A stretch of 61,207 nt of DNA, the filler included, from Basidioascus undulatus (taxonomy: Eukaryota): assembly GCA_000826855.1 (NCBI GenBank). It is 7 parts of 7 records of this genome, joined end to end, with 100 filler letters (N's around TTAATTAATTAA, not from the genome) between each part and the next. Parts side by side here need not be neighbours in the genome. Positions count along the whole stretch, not along the records: positions 35,024 to 43,690 come from JTLS01001355.1; positions 43,791 to 52,449 come from JTLS01001356.1; 5 more parts are not named here. One strand, given 5' to 3'. Of this stretch, positions 37,545 to 49,489 are shown piece after piece. The position numbers were made by a program, and so were the translations under genes. Under the pieces are notes generated by a model that saw nothing but the letters and a program-made list of their open reading frames with translations, was not told where the DNA came from and made no database searches. The stretch's first letter is position 1; the number at the start of each line of letters is the position of its first letter.

Positions 37545-37637
37545 TTGTGATGACATGGACCAACAATAAGGCTTCGATATAATCTGATGCTCGTCACATT
37601 ACTTCGTAACAGCCCTGGCCTCTTCGTACCCGTCTTC

Positions 37638-38053
37638 CTACTTCCAAACACCAAGCACTCCCCGGAGCAGCCCCCCGCCCCCGCCGAGAAGGCCGCCCTG
37701 CTGCTGCCCCTGACCCTGGCCCTGCTTCCCATTCAGACCCGATGTCAAGCCCGACGTCGTCTGCCGACGGTGTTCCCGAGCCCTCCGACCTCGCCTCCGA
37801 CCGTGTGCCGAGGTTGTTCACGGTCTGCGTAGGGAAGACATGGATGGAAGTCAGGCAGACCTATCCGTGAGCTTTTGCAAAGTGACAGAAGTGTCGCCAA
37901 CAAGCAAGTCACCCCGAGAACGCCACCGAGCAGACCGGGAGGAGTTTTCAGGCGATTCTGGGCCGCCTGCTGCTCAGCTGCGCGCTGCTGCGCCTGCTCG
38001 TCCGCCGTCTTGAGCTTGGCGGCTTCGAGGTACTCGTCGGGGGGGTGAGGCAT
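37638..38053 (-). pseudogene. Small Gly/Gln-rich hydrophilin-like gene with two apparent 1-nt deletions
   Basis: MPHPPDEYLEAAKLKTADEQAQQRAAEQQAAQNRLKTPPGLLGGVLG|TVNNLG(N)TVGGEVGGLGNTVG(Q)TTSGLTSGLNGKQGQGQGQQQGGLLGGGGGLLRGVLGVWK-stop. Reads through only with frame changes at ~37806 and ~37762. Confidence 0.5.
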
Positions 38054-39520
38054 GGTGATGCTTTGTGGCTCTTGAAAATAACCGTGATGGCTCGCTTGGC
38101 AATAGAGGGAGTAAGAGGTGGCAAAAGCTGCTCCCTTGTTCCCTGGATGAGCGCTCGCTCGTGAGGTACCTTCCGTCGAACGGCAAATGCGTCAGACCGA
38201 GTGTAAGGTTTTGTAGAGCGTGCCATGGTCCCTTCACCACCCTCACATGAACGGTGCGGTGAGACGGGAGAAAACAGTCAGGATACTGTTCTTCTGCGAG
38301 AGCCTTTCAGTTACATTTGTCAAAGAAATGTCAGGTGAAGGGTGTGTAATTGGAGAGGCCGATTGTCGAGTCTACGCAAGCCTACAGCGCTCAGTATAAT
38401 AACATCAGGCTGTGATTGATTGTCTTCGCGCACTAAATACGCTCACTGCAACAAGAGCCAGTCAGGGATCAGAATGCTTCCAACCTTCCTGGTAGAAGCC
38501 TCGGTGTCAGTCACCCTCTGCGGACGGAGGGGATGAGCTCCAGAACTCTCACCGGTGTTGCGACTAACCTACGTCTCCCGTGACGTGCCAATTACGCAGC
38601 GAAAATTTGATTTGGTCGTATTGTCCAGCATTTCTCAGTACCGTTTTGGAGGTCTCCTCGACCTGTACGTGGAACACGATGTTTCCGCCTAGAGCGAGTG
38701 CGTGGCGTCGCTGAGGGCCTTCCCAAGGTAAGAGAGGGTGGTGCTCTCACCCAACCAGGTTCTTCTCCTCTGCGTACCCCGCAGCAGCGAGGCCGGCTAG
38801 AGCAATAAAGACGGTGCTGGGGAGGCAGACTACCGTCTGGGCGCAGAGAAACCGCAGTGTTCGCTTCCACTCCGGAAGCCTTGGACTGGGAGGTTGAAGA
38901 CATGAAGAGGCTGAAATATTGGTTGTGGATATTTTTGGACCAGCTCAAGAGACCAAGAGGGATACAAGACAAACAAGGAGGTCAATCTTGGCGGGCAGTC
39001 TTGCGAGGTCGCGGGTAGTGAACGACGCACGCGAATGACATAGTTTAAAGAAAACTATCTTCTACCAAATTTAAGCGAAGTGATCTTTCCAAATATCGTG
39101 CAAAGCTCAAGAGGCCCGGATCGGCCTCGGATCGCTTGTCCACTCCTCGAGTGATCTAGTTCTCTCAATGACATCCACATCTACATTGAATTATTCCCAA
39201 GGACTAAAGTATATCGTCCTTCCGACTCCAAGGCATCCATCAATGAGACATTGTGCCGGCATGAGCTGAACTGTACAATATCTCTTGTAGTACAATGACG
39301 GTCCCGGAGTGTGCATGATAACTTTCAGACTACCGAAAAGGGCAAACAATGAGGCCACACACTTCATAGGATTGGCTTTCGATTGGAACAGCGAACAGCG
39401 TTTGAGGTTCTGCTGGATGCAAAGGACGGCAGGTCTGAACTAGTTTAGACAAACTTCTCATATAGGTTCAAGCATTCTGCAAGATAACATGCATTCATGG
39501 CCAGTCCCTCCCCAACACGT

Positions 39521-40243
39521 TTAGACCCTGTAGATGATCCGTTGCCTCTCGTCCTCCGGCAGCGCGATGCACTTGGACTCGAGGGTCACATCCCTCCCCT
39601 CGGCGCTGCGCTGCACGATGTAGTGGCGTACTTCTTCAGTGGTGAGAGGGATTTGCATGCCGTCCGGACTGAAATCCGCTTCGTTTCGAAGGGCGACGCT
39701 CTCGAGCTTCGGGCACGCTCTCGCCAGCGCCTGCGCGAATTCCTTGGCTGCGAGCGGGAATTCGACGTGGTATGAATACGATGAGAACCGATCGAGAGTG
39801 TCGGGCGAAGAGATAGAGATCGAGTCGAGATGGCCTTCAGCCCCCTCGTTGTCGTCGTCGTCGTCGTCGTCGTCGCGGCTCCAGCGATCGCAAACGACGG
39901 TCAGATTGTGCAAGTCACGAAAGGCCGGAAGAATGCGCGCAAGGCAGAGCTGACAGGTGAAGCGTGAACAATCGAGCTTGAAAAGGTGTAAATGACTGTA
40001 ATTTCACTCACTTTATGGTCGGTTGATATCTTGAAGAGTATCAGTTGCGTAGTCAAATCCGTCGCTGAAAAAGTTGAAAGCCAGCTCGCAACAAATGAGG
40101 GTGAGCACGGCAGCGCGCGTGGATCGATTTGCGAGCGAGAGCGCGCGGACTGTCGGCGTGTCCGCGAAGCCGGCGATGGCGTCGATGAGCTCGGCCAGGA
40201 GCTTGGCGTACACGGACGGGTTTCCCTGCAGGATCCCAAGCAT
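39521..40243 (-). CDS. Divergent F-box-like protein
   Basis: KLLAELIDAIAGFADTPTVRALSLANRSTRAAVLTLI (F-box-like), a poly-Asp stretch, and FAQALARACPKLESVAL (LRR-like C-terminus). Confidence 0.5.
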
Positions 40244-40877
40244 GAGCAAACTCAAGTGAGATAGGAAAGAAGTGAAAGAAACGGACAAGGATGGCCCGTT
40301 CCCTCCTCGACGCGCACGTTCGACGTGAGCTTCGTGTATGTCCTGTAGGGTTGCGCTGGACGTAGGAGTGGACGTCGCGCATGTCGGTGCCGAGGTCATG
40401 CATGAGGTTGAGGACGCGGCGGGCTGCATCGTCGCGCTCGTGGATGGGGACGTGTGGCGCAGTTCTACATGTAAAGAAAGGCAACTAAAATCAGCAGATG
40501 TCGCGAATTGCAGACAAAAGGGACTCATACACTTTGAGAGAAAAGGGCATGAGTACTGGGGGTGCGCGGAATTGAGGGGATGCTGGTGGTGCAGAATGAA
40601 CGCTTGCGTCTGCGCCGGAGACAAGCTGCTGGCGGCCTAGGGTGCCCTGAGGGCGCCCTGGTCGCGGTTCGGAGACACATCAAGGCCGACGCGGAAACAC
40701 TTAGCGAAAAGCCCCCATTTCAGGCGTTCGCATCCGGCAATGGACTTGCGAGGCGTTACGGCCTTTGGGATGTTTAATTGAAGGCTCGTGCTGCCTCATT
40801 CTCATGGCAAAGATCGCACCGCCTCGCCAGCAACCCATCCCTTTTCTCCCCTACGCACGCGCAAACCAACACAGCTC

Positions 40878-43690
40878 TCAAATCCATCTTCTCCCCTCCC
40901 CCGTCTGACCCGCCGCAGGGCCCCCCCTCCAGCTCGTACTATGCACGATCCCCCCGTCCGCCCTGTGCCCCGTCCCCCTCATGGGCGTCTCATCGCCCGG
41001 CAGCAAGATGCCCAACCCTGGCCTGAACGGCGACTCGAAGCCCGGTCCGGCGGGGCTATGGGCGAGGGGCGAGCGCACAGGCTCGTCCTCCTCTGGTTCG
41101 GCTTCTTCGGGTAGCCGCGTGAGGCGCGAGGGCGTTGCGGGCACGGCGTCTGCGTCGGGCGGAGGCGCGGGTGCGGGCGGCGTCGTGGAGATGTTGAAGA
41201 CGTCCAGGCCGGCTTCGAGCAGCGCGTGGCGAAGCGTCGAGCCCGTGGGGTCGATGCTGTGCAGGAAGCGGATGATCTCCTTGCCGAGCTGATCCATTTC
41301 CGCAACCGCGTCAGCATGTGCGGGGCGAGGAACTGACGCAGCCCGGGCCGACGAACCGTGTAATCAGAGGTCTCAAGCGCGAGACGTAATAAGCGCAGCG
41401 CGTCCTGCGATTTGGACGATGTAAGCGTCCCAATCGAAGCAGCGCAGCGTCGAGCAACCCAAAAGCGAGACTCACCGCGCTGCTCTCGAGCTGCTCCAGA
41501 TGATGCAGCACCAACAGATATGACGCGGCAGTCTGGAGGTCCTCCGCCGCCAGGCATTTCTGTTTGCGTCCCCGCACCGAATCACCGAACATCAGCTCAT
41601 CTCTTCCCCTCCCACGGGGACGGGTGGGCACGCACCTCGAAGAGCTCCCGCGGCTCGCCCACAGCTTCGAACAGGTGTCCCCATCGGGCCATCTCCGTCT
41701 TTCGCGCGCAGCCGACGACGACTTCGAGCGCGCATGGCCAGTGGTCGAGGAACTCGACGACGCGGGGTAGGACGGCGTGCTCGCCCTTCTTCTCGTCCGC
41801 CACCCCGTTTTCTTCAGCAGCTTCCTTCTCCGTCCCATTCATTTCTTGGGATGCCGCTTCCCCCTTCGCCTCGGCTTGGGACTCCGCACCCCCGTCGGCC
41901 TCGGCCTCGTCCTCCGCATACGCCTCCGGCTCCGCGTCCGCCTCGTCCTCTAGCACAGCGTGCAAGAGGATCTCGAGGGCGTGCGAAAAGTAGACGAGCT
42001 GCGCATAGTGCGACGCGAACGCAACGGCCTCGCGGAGCTGCGCGCGCGCGAGGTGGAAGCGGAGGACGTGGTGGAGGAAGAGGTGGGTCTGCATTGCTCG
42101 CCAGCCGTTCCATCAGCTCAGTAAGCGAAAGCGAGGCAGGAATGGGCAAGCGACGCACGTTCGTGATGATCCGGAATATCGGGAACGGCAGTGTCCTTCG
42201 CAGGGCCGTCTCATGCTCGACGCCGATGATGATCCCCTTATCCATCAGAACCGCTTTCTCCCCCAACATACCACTCATCAGCTTTCCCAATCACCTTCCC
42301 TGCTCCCTCACGCTTCATCACCACTCACAAAGCGGGTAAAAGTCCAGCTCGATCCTTACGCTCTCCCGCACAACGCCGAGCTCCGTCCCCTTGCCCTCCG
42401 CGAGCGCCGCGCGCTCCGCGGGCGAGAGCGTGAGCGCGTCGAGCCAGAGGCGGATCGCGCGGCCGTCGACGAACCCCCAGAGGCTGTTCTCGAGCGCGCC
42501 GATCCCCGCGAGGTGCGTCCAGTAGAACTCGACGTGGTCGGAGAGGACCTGCATGTCGTACTTGACTTCGTCGCGCGCGGCCTGCGAGGGAGGGGTGAAC
42601 GACAGTGCGCGCTGGTGTCAGTGGACAGTCGGGGGCGAAGAGGTGGAAGACGCAAGACGTACTCGGCGGGGCCGGAGGAGGACGAGCTTCCCGTCGACGA
42701 GGAAGATGATCGTAGCGACGATCAAGTCGTCCGCAGGGTCTCCCAAACCTTTTAACCCTCCCAACAATCGCATTAGCTTCCCTTTCTCCATCTCCCTTGC
42801 TGCCTCTCCCTCCTCCGCATTTCGACGCACGTCTCTGACTGGGCGGGATCATCCAGCTCATGCCCCTCACCCTGGTCGGGTTGTGGACGACGCCCTTGAA
42901 GCCGATGCTGCCGCAGAGGTGGAGGCGGATCGTCGTGCGCGTGGGGACGATGAGGAAGTGGTAGAACATGTTGTCGGCTGTGTACACGAGGAGCGAGTTC
43001 TCGAACAGGGACGTGAGCACCACGGGCGCCGGGAGCGGCTCCGCGTGCAGGACGTGGTACGGCGTAAGGTCCTGGTCGCGCGAGTACAGCCGAATCTGCA
43101 TACTCCCCCGGCCCATGCTTCCCATTTCAGCATCCATTGCCCTGCCTTCGCCGTATCAATCCACCCACGCACCTCGTACTCCTTCCCCGCCTCCACAGCA
43201 GCGATCAACACATGGTGGAACCAGCACAGCCCTCCCCTCACCGCGAACTCGTTCTCGCTCTCGGGGTCGCTGAAGAGCTTCCACCGTCCGCTCGTGGTCG
43301 AGTAGTGCGCGAGCCCGCGCCGCCCCGCGACGGCGATGAGCCGCCCGTCGGCGGAGATGGACGCGTGCCGGATCGGCCATTGGTGCGCTATGTAGTCGAG
43401 GGGAATCTGGGGGGTTACGCTTGGGATTAGCGCCTGGTCAAAGGAAGAGGGTGTGCACCGAAAGAGAATTGAGGCCACAAGAAGGGCCGAGAGGAAGTGA
43501 GAAAAAGGGGGCAGAGATAAACGACGACGCACCTTGATATGCTGCCAAACGTCTGACTCCGGGTTGATAACGCTCAGGTCCGGCTGGTCCGCCCCGCGGT
43601 AGACGAGCACGCCGTCGTCCGTCTGGAGAAAGGCGTAGCGGGTGTTGTCCTGTTCGTCACATCTGCGCCCAACCCCTCCATCCGCTCATG
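40878..43690 (-). CDS. RIC1: RIC1, subunit of the Ric1-Rgp1 Ypt6/Rab6 GEF; 3' part
   Basis: QWPIRHASISADGRLIAVAGRRGLAHYSTTSGRWKLF, VRGGLCWF, LDFYPL, KGIIIGVE, THLFLHHVLR, YFSHALEILLHAVLEDE, LEVVVGCARKTE..RW..LF, TAASYLLVL. Confidence 0.95.
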
Positions 43691-43790
43691 NNNNNNNNNN
43701 NNNNNNNNNNNNNNNNNNNNNNNNNNNNNNNNNNTTAATTAATTAANNNNNNNNNNNNNNNNNNNNNNNNNNNNNNNNNNNNNNNNNNNN
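43691..43790. other. Artificial contig linker
   Basis: 44 N + TTAATTAATTAA + 44 N. Confidence 0.98.
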
Positions 43791-43981
43791 GGGGGGAGGG
43801 CGATGTAGGGGGAGGTCCAGGAGGGCGAGTCGGCCTTGCGGGAAGAGAGCGAGCGGAGGCGCCGGCAGAAGCCCGACTGTGAGCATGTCTTGAAATCGTT
43901 GCGTTTGACCGCTATCGCGGAAGGGACGATAAGGAATGCGATCGCTAGAAGAAGGATAGGGAGGACGCTGAGAGGGCGCAT
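43791..43981 (-). CDS. ROT2: Glucosidase II alpha subunit (GH31), N-terminal fragment
   Basis: Signal peptide followed by AVKRNDFKTCSQSGFCRRLR...SPY, the characteristic glucosidase II alpha N-terminus. Confidence 0.88.
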
Positions 43982-45712
43982 CGTGTTCTGAAGAGAATTC
44001 GGAAAGGTGTTCAGCTTGAGGACGTCAACATCGCTGCCCAGTCACAGTGGTCGCTGGCGCGCTTCTCCAGTCAGGTCCAGCGAGTACGCTTGAGGCCAGG
44101 GACAATATATGCCCCGAATATGCCTACGACTATTGCAGTTCTTTAAGACCATGAACAGTGCGGCACTCACCTGCTGAGCTGGCGAGCGAGAGCCCGCTCC
44201 AACCAATGTATCGGCTACACACTGATCTGTGGCCGCGGGATGAGTCTATGACAGAATTCACACATCCAAGCATTTACGCACCTCAGATGGATGTATCGAC
44301 TGCCCTACGATAAAATACAGAGCAAGTCGAGTGCAAGATGATGTCCGGGTTCAACATCCGGCTTGGGCTCCCACGACCACCTTCCAGCTTCGGGCCGATG
44401 TACGGAGAGTGTCCGCGGATAAACCGAGGAGTCTCCGTAAACACAACTGGGCTTGACTGAGCGAAACGGGTGCCAGACAAACTGCAATTGATTGAGACAA
44501 AGTGAGAACAAGTGCGAGGTATGGAAAGGTTGGTTAATAGGCTTGAAGGTGGTGGTGGGCCAAATGTCCTGAAGTGACGTGGTCCCAGGTCGCGGAGCGC
44601 CAAGGAGCGCCCACATTCTGCTGAGGGTGACAGCCGCAAGCAGGAGGTCGATCAACATCCGGTTGACTTGGTCCGATATACCCCGTGATTCTCGAAAAAT
44701 TCGCTAATAATGGTTGGGTGCCAGACCAAAGCCTCCCTGCGACAACCAGTCCTGTGACGACTGCGTCCACATCCATTTCGGAACGGAGGAAAGAAAGAGC
44801 CTCCATTCGGGAGGTTCGCCGTCCCCGAAGTCGAGGGAAAGAGATAGAATCTCGGTCAAGTGAGACTTCTGAAGAAACTAGAAGGACTAGAGGGATGCAT
44901 TTGCTATAAATCGCACTTGGCGAGATAGTCCACCTGTGGACCCGAGTGACAAGGAGCCGGACGTCCTTCGAAACGAATGAGCGCAACATGTCAGGTTTGC
45001 CGCGGGTCGACCATGGGCCAACCAGTGTGTGTGTCAGGGAGCCTGGAAGGGGAGGATGAGCGCGATGAAGTCTGGGTTTGTGGACGCGGTCTTCAAGCGA
45101 GGGCGTCGAGACGCGACCGCACCCGGGAGAGCCTGGTAGCGCAGACGCTGTCGCGCCGAACATCCTTCCGGCTGTGTCAGATCTGAGGAATCTCTCGTAG
45201 GTCGGAGAAAATAACTTTTCCCTCATCAAAGCTAGGTCATGAAAAGAGGCAAGAGAAAGAGAAGGACAAGCCCGTGTTTCCGAGTCGCGCGCTTCGCAAT
45301 TTCATGCCTTTGTCGCCGGTGTTCCGATCAGCGATCGTTCTCCTTCTGCCTCGTTTTATTTCGTCTTTCTTTGCCTATGGTATTGCCTGTCAGGCCCTTG
45401 AGAGCATTTTGGGACTTACCTGAGGTGAAAAGCGGGCATCCCTAGGGGTTGGATCTACATCAGAACAACGCAGTGTCGAGCCTTCATGAAAGTATTTTCG
45501 CCCTTCGTGCAGTATACCAGATGCAGAATTGTACTTCTTGAACAGACGGGACAGTTCTTCACGGCAATTCACGAGCGAATAGGCTCATTGCGATTAGCAA
45601 CGTGCCACGCCGACAATATGCAAACGTGCGTTCAGGGGCTCTGAGCGCTAACCGAAGTGTGTCCTCCTCAATAAGCATCGTGCTTCCGCCTCTCAAAAAT
45701 CGCATATCCTCT

Positions 45713-45778
45713 CCACGATACTGACGACGCTCACGAAACTCACGACGACAATCACGATATTCACGACTTTCACGATTG
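45713..45778. repeat. Array of TCACGA-type motifs with 9-nt period
   Basis: Motif starts at 45713 (CCACGA), 45722 (TGACGA), 45731, 45740, 45752, 45761 and 45770 (TCACGA). Confidence 0.8.
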
Positions 45779-45869
45779 ATCTCTATCATGAGCAGGGAAA
45801 CCCAATTCGAGTGAACCGCTTTGGTTGCGTGCCGGAATGTGCTCGATCGAAGTTCACTGATGTCCGCTC

Positions 45870-48800
45870 TTGTAGAAAAGCACCGTTATCACTGTTTTTA
45901 TTCGACTCGACCCGTCTAGAGCGACAGCTGCGCTTCCTCGTGCGCACCCAGCGCCTCCGGCGCGTAGGGTCGGAGGAGACGCTGTGCGCAAAGCCGATGA
46001 CCGATGCGAAAGGACTCGAAAGTGTGCCATTTTCTTCAATCTACCAAAGGTTACAGGCTTTTCTCACGCCCTCGACTCTTTGGAGGCAACGAGTTTGACC
46101 CCACCCAAGCGGACTTCATCGCCGCATTCCGAAGCGAGCTGGACCAACTCGACGCTGCGCTGGCTGCACATCTCGCGGACGCCGAGGCACGCTCGCAGTT
46201 CCTCGCCTTGAAGCTTTCGACTATAGAGCAGAATTCGGTGCGGAGGTCTTAACCTCTTTTCACGATTCCGAGCTCATCGCCCTGGCTATGACAAGTTCCC
46301 CTCGCCATGTTGGCGCGACGTCGTCGCTGGCTGTGCCTCGCCGTCAAACCTCGTCCGGGGCATCTGGAAATTGCAGGATGAAGACGACGCGGAGAAGCTG
46401 ATTGGTGCGCCGAAAACCAACTCCGACTCTGCTCCTAAGCGACAGAGACGGTCAGCGAGGCTGCGCCGCGAGTTTGTCGAGCTTTACGCGAGGCTTCTCG
46501 AGTTGCAGCAGTTCCAGGTGCCTTGCATTGACCCAGTCTTTAGGAGCCGCTGATGGCCTAACCTCCTCGTCCGTGCAGACTCGGAATCGACAGATCGTAG
46601 ACGCTCTTCTTCGGAAAGTCGTGCAGTCCTGCCCTGTACGCTCACTCAGCATCCATGGGTGTACGGCTTCGCACTGAAAAGCTACAAAGCTGGACCTCTC
46701 CGCCGCTTGTCAAGAAGCGTTCAATTCGAGCCGCATTAGATCGGCAAAGGTAAACAGCCTGGTTTACGGTAGGTCAGAGCCTCTTTTACTCTTCAGGCGG
46801 GTTCCCTGATCAGGTCCCTTTCACTTCGCAGACGCCGAGCAGGCATTCGCAAAAGCCTTCACGAACGGGAAGAGCTCTGAAGCACATCGGCAATTGAAGC
46901 GTGTTAAGCAGACTACTTTTCGTGAGTGCTTGACACCAAGTGACCGACGACACATAGCACCTTGACGGTGTGCTTCATAGACGGGAGCATGCTCTTCGTC
47001 GGGCTTTGTTTTGGGCTTTCAGCCGCCGCGTTCATCTCCGGCATCAGCAGAGGTGATCAAGTCCTTCATCTTGTAATCTGCGCCCTACGTACGCCTTTTG
47101 ACATCTCCGATGCTTCAACAGCTTCCGATCCAGCCACGCAAGCCTTTATTCCCGCCCATACGACGCTCCTCCAAGTCTACGCGGCGTGCTTCCTCCCCGT
47201 CCTCTTCGGCCTTTTGTTCTGCATCAACATGGCTGTGTGGGAGAAGTTCGGGATCGATTGGGAGTATATCTTCGAGCTGTGAGTATCGTTCCTCATCTCA
47301 CTCTTTGTTACGATCTGGATTCTCGATGCGACCTGACTGCGATCACTGCAGTGACCCGTCAACATCCATCGATCTGCATGAGGTAGCTGTCCTGCCTGCT
47401 ATGCTCATGGTGCTTTTGGCCACAGTGAGTGCCATGTCCTTCGCGACGATGGCCAGGGTACTAAACAGAATATTCCTCTCCAGGCTTTCTACCTGTCCTT
47501 CTCCTTGACCTGGTCCGATAGTAAGATTTCTTGACATCAATTCCCGACGGTGCGGTGGCGCCTCATTGAGCTCGAAATATTCCAGGGGTACCGGCGACTC
47601 TCTGGCCAACCATTTGGATATGCTGCTCTATCGCATTCTTCATCAACCCGCTTCCGGTTCTGTTCCGCTCGTCGCGATACTGGTTCGTTCGCAGCCTCAC
47701 GCGGACGATAGTCTGCATCGTCTGGACCGTGGAGGTGTGTCGTTGGCACATGTGTTCTACCCAAGTTCGTGACTGACCTAGTCTTCTCTGCAGTTTCGGG
47801 ACTTCTGTAAGTTCGCTGTTTTCTCGAGATGCCGCCCCTCTAAGACCTGACCCGACCTTCGCAGTCTTCGCCGACGAGCTCAACTCGCTCACTTATACGT
47901 TGTCTAACCTCTACGTTGTCGGATGTGCCAACGAGCACCGCTGGCCTCTCGACACGGGCGATCTGTGCTCAACGAAAGCCAACTGGGTCCCACCACTGCT
48001 TTCTGCGCTGCCGGCTGCGATTCGGTTGATTCAGTGCTTCCGACGCTGGGCTGACTCGCAGTACACCGAAAAGGTGCACCTGATCAACGTACGTCTATCT
48101 GTTGCTTTGAAACAACTTACCTGAAGTTTAACATGGCTTGGGATCTTTCAGGCTGGGAAATACACAATAAGTATTGTCACGCAGATGTACGTTCCTCCCC
48201 TTCTCAAGATCTCGCCGAGACGACTGACCCACAGCCGGCCGCAGTGTCTACTTCGAGCATCAGAAGCACGGTATGGGCATTCTTTGCTTCCCCTTCTGTA
48301 ACAGCGCTTAACTGTTTGACAGGCTATGATCCCGCCTGCGGCTGGCTGGCGTTCTGGATTTTCATCGCGACCGTCAACTCCCTCTTTTCATTCGGATGGG
48401 TAAGATGCGCCATATCCCATTCCACTTTGACGTTTGGCTCATATCACCTGGACCTCTATAGGACATTGTAATGGACTGGAGCTTTTTCCAACAAGGCAGC
48501 GTTTATCCTTTCCTTCGGCGCGATCTGGCCTTCTCCTTCGTGCCGGTTCGTCGTCTCACTTCTGAACACGGGCGTCTGTGCTTTGCTGATCCAACATCTG
48601 CACAGGCATACTACTTTGCCTTCGTAATAGTGTTCTAAAGTTATTCTCAAACCGTAACTGATCAGGTTGCACGTAGGTATCCGACCTTGTCCTACGCTTT
48701 CTGTGGATCGCCAACATTCCCTCCGGCGGGCCCCTGTCACGCACTGCGAAGGGGTTTCTGCTTACGCTTCTCGAGATGCTCAGGCGGTGGCAATGGAATT

Positions 48801-49233
48801 TCTGTAGGTTTTTATACTGGCATACCAACGGTCCGAGAACTCACGCATTCGCCGCTACAGTCCGCGTCGAGAACGAGCAGTGCGTACCCGAAGCCCTCAC
48901 ACTTTCACCTCCGTGCTGGCTTGTACTGATGTCCAGATACCCCATAGCCTCTCTCATCACCCCAAGTCAATCGGAAAGCTCGATTTCCGACCAAGCTCGT
49001 CGTCTAAAGATGCGTCCGATCTCAAAGTCTACGGCGACGCCGCGACAAGGCCGCAGTCCGACCCGTTGCGTCCGCTACGTCGTGTGTTGGAACGCCCACC
49101 CCTCAAGGGCGCTGCCCGGGGTCCTCCTGGGGCCAGAGACTACGTACGGAGGGATGTTGGCGACATGTCTGAGGATGAGGAGGATGAGGACGCGCTCGAG
49201 ATGGATCGCCCCGGAGGAGCGGCAATCGTGTAG
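45870..49233 (+). CDS. SYG1/XPR1/PHO1-family SPX-EXS protein (putative phosphate exporter) with divergent SPX domain
   Basis: FIAAFRSELDQL, LRREFVELYARLLELQQFQ, INMAVWEKFGIDWEYIFEL, FRDF|FADELNSL, IRLIQCFRRWADS...HLIN|AGKY, W|DIVMDWS, LEMLRRWQWNF|.RVENE. Start not resolved. Confidence 0.88.
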
Positions 49234-49489
49234 AAGTTCCTGGCACTTGCACTTTCTTCTTTGGGAAAACGCGTTTGGTCGGGAGCACTCTTATGTCGCA
49301 ATACGTTCTGGCGGAGAAGGCAACAAGGAAATTCGTGTACAACACCCGAAGATACTCATCCTCTAAGCAATAAAGACAATACAACAGGGGAAACGTGACA
49401 CGACCGAGAAAATCAACGTAACACGACCGAGAAAACGAACTCCGTATAAAGATAAACCCAAGAACAAATGCAAGCGAAAGTAAACCCGA

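Noticed and set aside
41412..43430. Long plus-strand ORFs (e.g. 42553-43305) as overlapping genes
   Set aside because: Antisense shadows of the high-GC3 RIC1 exons; the same applies to antisense ORFs over RPL1, PAC1 and CDC10.
44283..45229. ORFs 44283-44639 and 44534-45229 as transposase or reverse transcriptase
   Set aside because: No DDE, YxDD, zinc-knuckle or integrase motif found; left unannotated.
49395..49436. Direct repeat ACACGACCGAGAAAA (two copies)
   Set aside because: Only two copies in the region between convergent genes; a simple local duplication with no array structure.
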